Shown: positions 7,530 through 15,098 of the stretch, in pieces | Numbering within the stretch: the first letter of the stretch is position 1 | How the letters are laid out: every line of letters begins with the position of its first letter | Assembly (NCBI GenBank): GCA_902771695.1 | Contig: CACXXP010000002.1 | Coordinates: 1,958 to 65,957 of the forward strand | Source: an uncultured Pseudomonadota bacterium | GTDB taxonomy: Bacteria; Pseudomonadota; Alphaproteobacteria; Rs-D84 | Direction of reading: 5' to 3' | DNA: 64,000 nt | Made by a program: the position numbers and the translations under genes | The notes under the pieces: generated by a model | Database searches by the model: none | Told to the model about the DNA's origin: nothing | What the model saw: the letters and a program-made list of their open reading frames with translations, nothing else

Positions 7530-10500
7530 CTACAGGCCAACACAAGCCCCCTTGCGAACAACAGTCCGTATCATTGGACATTGTTCTGCGGTACACGAAG
7601 AATCATTTAATTCGGCATCATTGACCAAATATTGTAACCGCCCAGAACCGCCAAACCTTGATAAATTCTGTTCATACTGCGATTTTACCAGATCCGCGAA
7701 CTGTGACGGCCGCGAACGAACACTAATACAGAATCCCGATGGCGACGGCGCCCCAGAATCAATCAAATTCGATACTTGCTTCATATTGTCATCTAACACA
7801 TTTTTGGCACCAGATACATCGAAAGACTGTGATCTTGGCGTCATAAACAATTTGTTCCAATCCACATCAACAACACCAAGTGTGGTTCTATCATTGCTCT
7901 TGGCGAACCGAGAATTATCAACATTATTGTTCAGTTCCGTCGATTTATTTTTGTTGTTTTTCGAAACCAACAATCCAACCGCGCCACCGATTGCCAATGC
8001 ACCTGCGGTGATTGCTGTGGCCTTTAATCCGATATGATCATTCTTGGCCGGCTGTTGCGGATTTTCCTGGGGTGAACCAGTTATTACCGGTGTTTCGGTC
8101 CCCGTAACAGATGCACTTACCTGACCCGGAATCAGTTCTTCGTTATTATTTTGTTGTTGGTTACCAACACTCGGTTGATCTGGTGTGATAACAGTATTAC
8201 CCGGTGTCGTAACCGTATTACTTGGCGTTGTAACCGTGTTACCTGGTGTCGTAACCGTATTACTTGGCGTTGTAACCGTGTTACCCGGTGTCGTAACCGT
8301 ATTACTTGGCGTTGTATTATGCGATGTTGCTGGGACAACCGCAGGCGCACCACCAGCCGACGGATTCGGCACTTCTTCAGTATTTTCTGGTTCAACAATA
8401 GTGACTGTAACCTCCCCAGGAACAAATTCTTGTGGTTTTTCAAAGCAAATTGGTATTCTTAAACCATTGGTTGCGGTTTTGTTTAGATACTGTCCGTCGC
8501 GTGCCAATGCCAAAGCCGCGGCAACAGATGGAGCAACCGCCTTTTCAAAATCAAAGGTTATTTTTGTACCAACATTGAATGTTTTATATATCGGTTTGCT
8601 GCTTGTAATAACATCAAAAACTCCCGCCATTTTTGACCCATCCGCAAAAGTAACAACCGACTGATACCCTTTACCCGTAACAGATTTAACTGTTTGCAAT
8701 TTACTATAAACCTCTGCTTCGGTTTTTAAACCTTTAAATGCTGGTACATTTTCTGTCAGAATTTTAACCGTAGCCTCTTTCACGGTTCCTGGGCCTGTAC
8801 CAATTGGCGCAGTTCCCAACGAGGTAAAGCCAGCACCTCTTAATATAGAATTTCTACTGTATTGTCCACCACCATCTTCAACAACCATCTGTAAACTATT
8901 TTCTATCTTAAGGTTTCTTTTACCTGATCCCCAACTTGAAGACACAGCATACGTGTTTTTCTCGACATGTTCACCAATCTTTTTAGTTACCGTTTGTTCT
9001 GTTTTCTGTAATTTACCTGCCACCATCATCACTGTGCCGATTAATTGCAACGCAACACCAATCTGGCGAACATATTGCCATGGCATCTTTTTTGTTACCA
9101 ATGTGCAATTTACTGGATCAAATAATTTTTCATCTTGCATAAAATTCAACCAGAAATCTGACTCAGCAGGAATCATATTAAATATTCTACTTAATATTTC
9201 ATCTGTTGCGCTTTGCTCTGTCGGATTAAATTCCTTCTGATACGACTTCATTTCTTGTGCAAATGTATTGATAAAATCTACAGCACATTTTTCTTGGGCA
9301 CTGCCCGAAAGAGCCGCACACTTTTCCGCCGGTGGTACATATTTTTGATAAATCCATGTCATTCTAATGTCGGCCACAGTTTCCATTGTCGCACCAACTG
9401 CATAAATTAACATTGGTGCCGTTGCACCCTCACTAATAACCGTCAACACAACACCAGCACCAATCAATGCCGTAGTCTTGATAACTTTAATGGCTTTATC
9501 GGTATTGGTAACCCTGGCAGAATCTGGCAACAGGCATGTTTCACCCGTCCATTCTGGCAGTGTACAATCTGAACAAGCTTCTTTCAGCGCTGTGGCAAGT
9601 TTCTTGCAATTTTCTTCCCCAAGCATAACACAATTTGTACCGTCAAAAATACCTTGTTCAGTTATACATTCAAGTCCCGCCAACCCAGATTTCAATCTAC
9701 GTAACTCCGCAACAGCATCTGTGCTTAAACTGGTAAATACCATATCAACCTTTTTGCCGTCAACTGTACAACGTATAACATCATACCTATCGGCATTCAG
9801 GGTCACACTAGTTCCAGGTATTTGCATTCCACCAGACAACACACGTCTGGCCATCGTATCACATTCAACCTTGACATTTGGCGCATTTAATGTCGTACGC
9901 GCATATTCACGAATACGGTTTATAACTTCTTCATTATTACTTATCTGTACCCTAGCAAATGCGTAATTATTAAACCCATACGGTGCAAGTTCATTAACCA
10001 ACGAACTTTCTGATGTACTAAGCGCCGACACTACACAAAGATCGCGCATTGGTGCCGCATTTAAAAAATCACTCGCAGAGTCAATTTTTGACAAATCCAA
10101 TCGACGACGATTAGGATCGATGAGACTGTTTTCATCACCAACAGCATCCAAATTTTGTAAGAACGCGGCACCATCTCTGGCCACCCTAACAACAGACGTG
10201 TTTCTGGCACGGCCTGGAACCAATCCGGCTTGCACACCACCAAATTCTTTGGCCCAGGCGGTCATCTGATTACATGCAGATGTTCCATATTTAATATAAT
10301 CACGCATGGTAATAGTATTATTGTTATCACCATCTTTCACACAAACGGCCCCATGTCCAGAACCAGTATCAAACGTGGCAATCCATGCACCATGGTGCGC
10401 TTCACCAATTCTACACAAAATTTCCGCATTATTAAGAACCTCGTCATAACTGGTTTCCAAAAGTCCTTTGGCAACGGATATTCCGCCAAACTGTACGGTA

Positions 10501-11150
10501 AATGGTTTACCACCCGCAGAACACAAAATATATTTCTCAGATTTCTTTTCTAAAATTTTGCGATTTTGACACGTCAAAACGGTTTTTTTACCGGTTTTAT
10601 CCTTTGGTGCAAATATAGATTTTATAACGTTTTTACCAACCGCGTATTGAATATGGGCTCTATAAAAACGTTTTTCGCAAACCCCCCCTTCTATTTTGCT
10701 TGTGCATGCGTTTCTGTAATCCAACACATTACCCAAAACATCAACACATTTTCCCTTGCCACTGGCATCCACCGTCCATATACCATCAAACGTTTCTTTA
10801 CATTCTTTGGCGTCTGTGGCTGTGGCACCTGCGGCATACCCAGACAAATCCATCATCTTTTTTATCATGTTTTTGCAATCGGCTTCGCCACCACGTTTGG
10901 TCAAATCAAACCCTGCCGCATTGCACACATACAGTATTCCTTCGGAAGATATACGTCCTTGGGCATCCATATATGCTTCGTACACTGCTTTCACATTTTC
11001 TCGTTTTTCTGATGCGACCATACTAGAATTTATTACCTTTTCAACGGCATCGGATTTCACATAAATCCAACTTTCCGCAAATGCGGGTACGGATAAAAAC
11101 ATTGCCAAGATAACAGATATTATTTTTCTCACTGCAATATTCCCTCGCAC
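7530..11150 (-). CDS. giant (1206 aa) signal-peptide membrane/envelope protein of unknown family with glycine-zipper helices and TTP[SG]NTV repeats
   Basis: GTG start, then signal peptide RKIISVILAMFLSVPAFA. Hydrophobic segments: TTALIGAGVVLTVISEGATAPMLIYAVGA, VRQIGVALQLIGTVMMVAG and ITAGALAIGGAVGLLV. Six tandem TTP[SG]NTV heptads. 22-nt overlap with the upstream 316-aa gene. Confidence 0.6.
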   Translation of the reverse strand: MRGNIAVRKIISVILAMFLSVPAFAESWIYVKSDAVEKVINSSMVASEKRENVKAVYEAYMDAQGRISSEGILYVCNAAGFDLTKRGGEADCKNMIKKMMDLSGYAAGATATDAKECKETFDGIWTVDASGKGKCVDVLGNVLDYRNACTSKIEGGVCEKRFYRAHIQYAVGKNVIKSIFAPKDKTGKKTVLTCQNRKILEKKSEKYILCSAGGKPFTVQFGGISVAKGLLETSYDEVLNNAEILCRIGEAHHGAWIATFDTGSGHGAVCVKDGDNNNTITMRDYIKYGTSACNQMTAWAKEFGGVQAGLVPGRARNTSVVRVARDGAAFLQNLDAVGDENSLIDPNRRRLDLSKIDSASDFLNAAPMRDLCVVSALSTSESSLVNELAPYGFNNYAFARVQISNNEEVINRIREYARTTLNAPNVKVECDTMARRVLSGGMQIPGTSVTLNADRYDVIRCTVDGKKVDMVFTSLSTDAVAELRRLKSGLAGLECITEQGIFDGTNCVMLGEENCKKLATALKEACSDCTLPEWTGETCLLPDSARVTNTDKAIKVIKTTALIGAGVVLTVISEGATAPMLIYAVGATMETVADIRMTWIYQKYVPPAEKCAALSGSAQEKCAVDFINTFAQEMKSYQKEFNPTEQSATDEILSRIFNMIPAESDFWLNFMQDEKLFDPVNCTLVTKKMPWQYVRQIGVALQLIGTVMMVAGKLQKTEQTVTKKIGEHVEKNTYAVSSSWGSGKRNLKIENSLQMVVEDGGGQYSRNSILRGAGFTSLGTAPIGTGPGTVKEATVKILTENVPAFKGLKTEAEVYSKLQTVKSVTGKGYQSVVTFADGSKMAGVFDVITSSKPIYKTFNVGTKITFDFEKAVAPSVAAALALARDGQYLNKTATNGLRIPICFEKPQEFVPGEVTVTIVEPENTEEVPNPSAGGAPAVVPATSHNTTPSNTVTTPGNTVTTPSNTVTTPGNTVTTPSNTVTTPGNTVITPDQPSVGNQQQNNNEELIPGQVSASVTGTETPVITGSPQENPQQPAKNDHIGLKATAITAGALAIGGAVGLLVSKNNKNKSTELNNNVDNSRFAKSNDRTTLGVVDVDWNKLFMTPRSQSFDVSGAKNVLDDNMKQVSNLIDSGAPSPSGFCISVRSRPSQFADLVKSQYEQNLSRFGGSGRLQYLVNDAELNDSSCTAEQCPMIRTVVRKGACVGL
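8181..8316 (-). repeat. in-frame tandem repeat, three units of 42 bp (six of 21 bp)
   Basis: TTACC[CT]GGTGTCGTAACCGTATTACTTGGCGTTGTAACCGTG occurs at 8197, 8239 and 8281, plus a degenerate half-unit at 8181. It encodes the TTPSNTVTTPGNTV repeats of the 1206-aa protein. Confidence 0.9.
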
Positions 11151-12079
11151 TTTTCTGCAACCGCAACAACCTTTTTAATTGCGCTGATTTGTGTTGCATT
11201 AAACACAGTCGCCGTTGCAGATGCCGCCGTTGTCACACCGGCCATAACATTTGACGCCGTATTCAAATTCTTTTCTTTTTGCCGTCCATCATCGGTATTG
11301 TTATCACGCACAGAATCAGAATTTGCAACCGCACTTAGCACCGTTCCGGTTGCACCTGTCGCCGCACCAACGATGGATGCCGTCATTGCGCCACGCGCGC
11401 GCTTCGCAATTTTGGAAATATCCACCGAATTATATTCACGACATGCTGCAACAATTTGTTGCGCCTCGGTCACATCTTCGCCATTTAAACGCGCCTGGGC
11501 CACGGAACGATTCAGACTTTCAACGGTCTTACTACAATTACTAATCATATCTTCGACCAAACCATTTGTACCATTTGTTCCCGCAATAATTGCACCCGCC
11601 ACATTTGTTGCGGTCGCCCCAGCCATCAATCCGGTACGCCAATTACCCAACGATTTTGATTGTTTATTTAATTTGTCGCGCTCGGCTTCTTTCTTTTTGA
11701 TTTTTTCGACAATAGAATTCCAAGAAGTCTCAAGTTCTGCCATAAATCTGTCGGCATCATCGGCCGTTTGATCTGTTGGAACTTTATGCTGTTCTTCTAA
11801 TTCGCGGAGTTTTTCTAATTCGATTTCTACTGATTCTAATTGTTTATCTTTACTTGCCTTGACCAAACCAACCGCCGTCGCACCAACACCGACACCGGTT
11901 CCAACACCGGTTATCGCGGTATTTATTCCCGCCATTTTTTTCAAATCAGCTAATTTTTCATCGATACCAACACACGCCGTATATGTAGCACGCAATGCAT
12001 CATTTAATGACATAGTATCTGCCAAGGACGGCACCACACAACACATCCACCCTGCAAAAACTATTGATATTTTTTTCAA
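11129..12079 (-). CDS. secreted 316-aa glycine-zipper / coiled-coil protein, partner of the 1206-aa gene
   Basis: TTG start with a GAGAGGG RBS. Signal peptide MKKISIVFAGWMCCVVPSLA. GxxxG-rich segments: ITGVGTGVGVGATAVGLV, GLMAGATATNVAGAIIAG and SIVGAATGATGTVLSAV. A charged coiled-coil-like stretch lies between them. Confidence 0.6.
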   Translation of the reverse strand: MKKISIVFAGWMCCVVPSLADTMSLNDALRATYTACVGIDEKLADLKKMAGINTAITGVGTGVGVGATAVGLVKASKDKQLESVEIELEKLRELEEQHKVPTDQTADDADRFMAELETSWNSIVEKIKKKEAERDKLNKQSKSLGNWRTGLMAGATATNVAGAIIAGTNGTNGLVEDMISNCSKTVESLNRSVAQARLNGEDVTEAQQIVAACREYNSVDISKIAKRARGAMTASIVGAATGATGTVLSAVANSDSVRDNNTDDGRQKEKNLNTASNVMAGVTTAASATATVFNATQISAIKKVVAVAEKCEGILQ

Positions 12080-12101
12080 ACCAGACCCTCTCTTGCAGAA
12101 T

Positions 12102-12130
12102 ATTATATCACTTTTTGTATTTCATTCCTA
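12102..12130 (-). promoter_or_regulatory. extended -10 promoter candidate for the 12079-7530 gene pair
   Basis: Minus strand TGATATAAT (12110-12102). The -35 region is weak (TAGGAA). Confidence 0.35.
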
Positions 12131-12184
12131 ATGATTTTATATAAAAAAACACTTTATTATTCAAATAACTAAAAAGGGGGAACA

Positions 12185-13267
12185 ATGAACAAAAAGATTT
12201 CTATTATTACCGCAATTACTTGCATCGCGTCCATACCAAATGTAAATGCATGTACCGGAATAACAATGACCGCCAAAGATAATTCTGTGGTTGTTGCGCG
12301 CACCGTCGATTGGGCGGGTTCCAAAATGAATAATATGTATGTTATCGTTCCACGTGGGCACAGCGAAGAATCATTACTGCCAAACAATGCAACGGGCGGA
12401 ATGCCTTTTACTGCAAAATATGGATTTGTGGGCCTTGGGATGCAACAACCAGAATTCGTTGTTGATGGCACAAACGAAGCGGGACTGTCCGCCGCCCTGT
12501 TCTATTTTCCGGCATACGGCAAATACCAACCATATACCCCAATACTTAAAAATAATTCATTGGCCGATTTCCAGGTCGTATCATGGATACTGTCGCAATT
12601 TTCCACCATTGACGAAGTCAAAGAGGCAATTGACAATATAACCATCATTAACATTGACCCGACCGCGTCCACGGTGCATTGGCGCATAACCGAACCAAAC
12701 GGCCGCCAAGTCGTTCTAGAAATCATAGACGGCATGCCAACATTTTATGAAAACCCGTTGGGCGTAATTGCAAACTCGCCGGGGCTGCCTTGGCATTTAA
12801 CAAATTTGAATAATTATATCAATATTCGTTCCGGCACCGAAAATCCGGTGAAATTCGGCCCAATTACACTGCGGTCACTTAGCCATGGAACGGGGCTTCT
12901 CGGTCTGCCGGGGGATTTTTCGTCACCGTCGCGATTTATCCGTATGGCATTTTTCAAGAACTATGCAATACCGCAAGACACCGGTTTTGATACCGCAATG
13001 CAATCGTTCCATTTGTTGAACAATGTTGATGTTCCATTTGGTACCGCATATAAAACAGGTACAGCGAAATTTGATATGCCGTCATCAACCCAATGGACCA
13101 TCGCAACCGATATCACGAATAAAAAGATTTACTATCACACGATGTATAACCGCACAATCCGTCGCATAGACATAAATCAAATTGATTTTGCAACCGTACC
13201 ATTCCAATATCACCCATTGGATAAAACACAAAGCGAAACAATAATTGATGCACCAATGAATTTGTAA
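12185..13267 (+). CDS. choloylglycine hydrolase family Ntn-hydrolase (bile salt hydrolase / penicillin V acylase-like), secreted
   Basis: Signal peptide MNKKISIITAITCIASIPNVNA is followed immediately by CTGITMTAKDNSVVVARTVDW. This places the N-terminal nucleophile Cys with the downstream R and D of the family. About 340 aa mature size fits. Confidence 0.75.
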   Translation: MNKKISIITAITCIASIPNVNACTGITMTAKDNSVVVARTVDWAGSKMNNMYVIVPRGHSEESLLPNNATGGMPFTAKYGFVGLGMQQPEFVVDGTNEAGLSAALFYFPAYGKYQPYTPILKNNSLADFQVVSWILSQFSTIDEVKEAIDNITIINIDPTASTVHWRITEPNGRQVVLEIIDGMPTFYENPLGVIANSPGLPWHLTNLNNYINIRSGTENPVKFGPITLRSLSHGTGLLGLPGDFSSPSRFIRMAFFKNYAIPQDTGFDTAMQSFHLLNNVDVPFGTAYKTGTAKFDMPSSTQWTIATDITNKKIYYHTMYNRTIRRIDINQIDFATVPFQYHPLDKTQSETIIDAPMNL

Positions 13268-13284
13268 TATTCCGAAATGTATAG

Positions 13285-13312
13285 TTGCCTTTTTAAAATT
13301 TGGGTTTATAAT
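13285..13312 (+). promoter_or_regulatory. sigma70-type promoter for the DUF1015 gene
   Basis: TTGCCT (13285-13290), 16 nt spacer, TATAAT (13307-13312). AAGGAG RBS precedes ATG 13340. Confidence 0.55.
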
Positions 13313-13339
13313 CCATTGGCTTAAACATAAGGAGATATT

Positions 13340-14578
13340 ATGAAAATAAAACCATTTGCGGGCGTTCGTCCACCAAAAGAAATTGCATCAGAGGTTGCAT
13401 CACGTCCATATGATGTTCTGAATTCAGTGGAAGCCAAGGCCGAGGCTGGTGAAAAATCGTTACTGCATATTATCAAACCAGAAATAGATTTTGACCCAAT
13501 CGCCGATGAACACAGCCAACAGGTCTATGACAAGGCCGTTGAAAATTTCAAACTGTGGCAAGACCGCGGTTGGTTGGTCCAAGATGACAAAGAAATGTAT
13601 TATATCTATGCACAAACAATGGATGGTCGGACACAGTACGGTTTGGTTGCCGCGGCAAATGTTGATGACTATATGACCGGCAAAATTAAAAAGCACGAAT
13701 TGACCCGTAAAGACAAAGAAGATGATCGTATGATTCATGTTCGCATCCAAAATGCAAATATTGAACCGGTGTTCTTTGCATATCCAGATGTTGCCGAAAT
13801 GAACGAAATTGTTGAAAACTTTGTTAAAAACAATGCCCCTGAATATGACTTTGTTGCCGCCGATGGTTTCGGTCATAAATTCTGGGCTATTCGTGACGAT
13901 GCCATTAACGCACGCATAACCGAAATATTCAAGAATATTCCGGCAATGTATGTCGCAGACGGTCACCACAGAACCGCCGCCGCGGCACGTGTTGGTGCAG
14001 AAAAACGCGAACAAAATCCAAATCACACCGGTGCGGAAGAATATAACTATTTCTTGGCCGTTATATTCCCAGAAAGCCAATTGAAAGTTATTGACTATAA
14101 CCGCGTTGTCAAAGATTTGAACGGTCTGACCCCAGAAGAATTCTTGGCAAAATTGTCTGAATCTTTTGATGTTGTGGAAATGGGAACCGAAATATACAAA
14201 CCAACAAAATTGCATAACTTTGGAATGTATCTGGGTGGCAAATGGTATTCGTTGACCGCAAAGCCCGGCACATACAACGACAACGATCCAATTGGGGTTT
14301 TGGATGTGACCGTTCTGTCCAATTTGGTATTTGATAAAATATTGAACTTGGGCGATTTGCGTACCAGCAAACGTATAGATTTCGTTGGCGGTATTCGTGG
14401 TCTGGGTGAATTACAAAAGCGCGTAGATAGCGGCGAAATGGTCGCGGCATTTGCGCTGTACCCGGTGACAATGCGTCAGATTATTGACATCGCCGACACC
14501 GGTAACATCATGCCACCAAAGACAACATGGTTTGAACCAAAACTGCGCAGTGGTTTGGTCATTCACAAATTGTCGTAA
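13340..14578 (+). CDS. DUF1015 family protein
   Basis: 412 aa. N-terminus MKIKPFAGVRPPKEIASEVASRPYDVL and the internal YVADGHHRTAAA are the hallmark motifs of this family. Confidence 0.8.
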   Translation: MKIKPFAGVRPPKEIASEVASRPYDVLNSVEAKAEAGEKSLLHIIKPEIDFDPIADEHSQQVYDKAVENFKLWQDRGWLVQDDKEMYYIYAQTMDGRTQYGLVAAANVDDYMTGKIKKHELTRKDKEDDRMIHVRIQNANIEPVFFAYPDVAEMNEIVENFVKNNAPEYDFVAADGFGHKFWAIRDDAINARITEIFKNIPAMYVADGHHRTAAAARVGAEKREQNPNHTGAEEYNYFLAVIFPESQLKVIDYNRVVKDLNGLTPEEFLAKLSESFDVVEMGTEIYKPTKLHNFGMYLGGKWYSLTAKPGTYNDNDPIGVLDVTVLSNLVFDKILNLGDLRTSKRIDFVGGIRGLGELQKRVDSGEMVAAFALYPVTMRQIIDIADTGNIMPPKTTWFEPKLRSGLVIHKLS

Positions 14579-14634
14579 TTAGTGGTTAGTATTAGTGAAT
14601 AGTAAAAACGGTTGCAATCGCAACCGTTTTTTTT
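14579..14634 (+). terminator. 3-prime cassette copy a: TAGTG repeats plus AACGGTTGC hairpin terminator (bidirectional)
   Basis: TAA TTAGTGGTTAGTATTAGTGAATAGT AAAAACGGTTGC-AATC-GCAACCGTTTTTTTT. It also sits 5 nt from the stop of the convergent gene at 14637. Confidence 0.8.
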
Positions 14635-14636
14635 AT

Positions 14637-15035
14637 TTATCTTTTTTTGATTTTATTTACAAAATTTGGGAATAATACTGTACGCTTTCTTTGTGCGTAT
14701 TCCCGACAATATTTGGTGCGTTCGCTTTCGCTTGGATTTTCAATCAGGTGTCTTACATCCTTGATAAACTGTTGACCATTATTTGGAACACGAAATACAA
14801 AACATCTGTAATGACCACTTTTATGCGGTCGCAATATAACACCATTGGATGCGAATATATCAACCATATCATACAAATATCTTAAATCCGTTTTTGACGG
14901 AATAATATAATAATATCCATTTTCATGGTACTTGATTTCAAACACCTTGTTTGCGGCATCTAATGCCCCGGCCGCGTTTGGTTCCCAACGCGGAAATAAA
15001 CCTGTTTGCGATAAAACATACTTTGCATAACCCAT
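14637..15035 (-). CDS. hypothetical protein (132 aa)
   Basis: Start moved to ATG 15035, which has a strong AGGAGG RBS (MGYAKYVLSQTGLF...). No motif recognised. Confidence 0.5.
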   Translation of the reverse strand: MGYAKYVLSQTGLFPRWEPNAAGALDAANKVFEIKYHENGYYYIIPSKTDLRYLYDMVDIFASNGVILRPHKSGHYRCFVFRVPNNGQQFIKDVRHLIENPSESERTKYCREYAQRKRTVLFPNFVNKIKKR

Positions 15036-15098
15036 ATATTGCCTCCTGTGGCACAACAGCCGTGTATTCTTACATGGAAATGATTGCAAGTCAAGTGG

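Noticed and set aside
8132-8664. Regularly spaced 21/42-bp repeats and three overlapping ORFs. Briefly considered as a CRISPR-like or minisatellite locus.
   Set aside because: The repeats are contiguous with no spacers. They lie in frame inside the 1206-aa gene and encode TTP[SG]NTV heptads. The listed ORFs are alternative-frame artefacts.
13460-14215. 251-aa minus-strand ORF.
   Set aside because: Fully antisense to the well-supported DUF1015 gene. It has low-complexity Phe/Ile/Asn-rich composition and no RBS.
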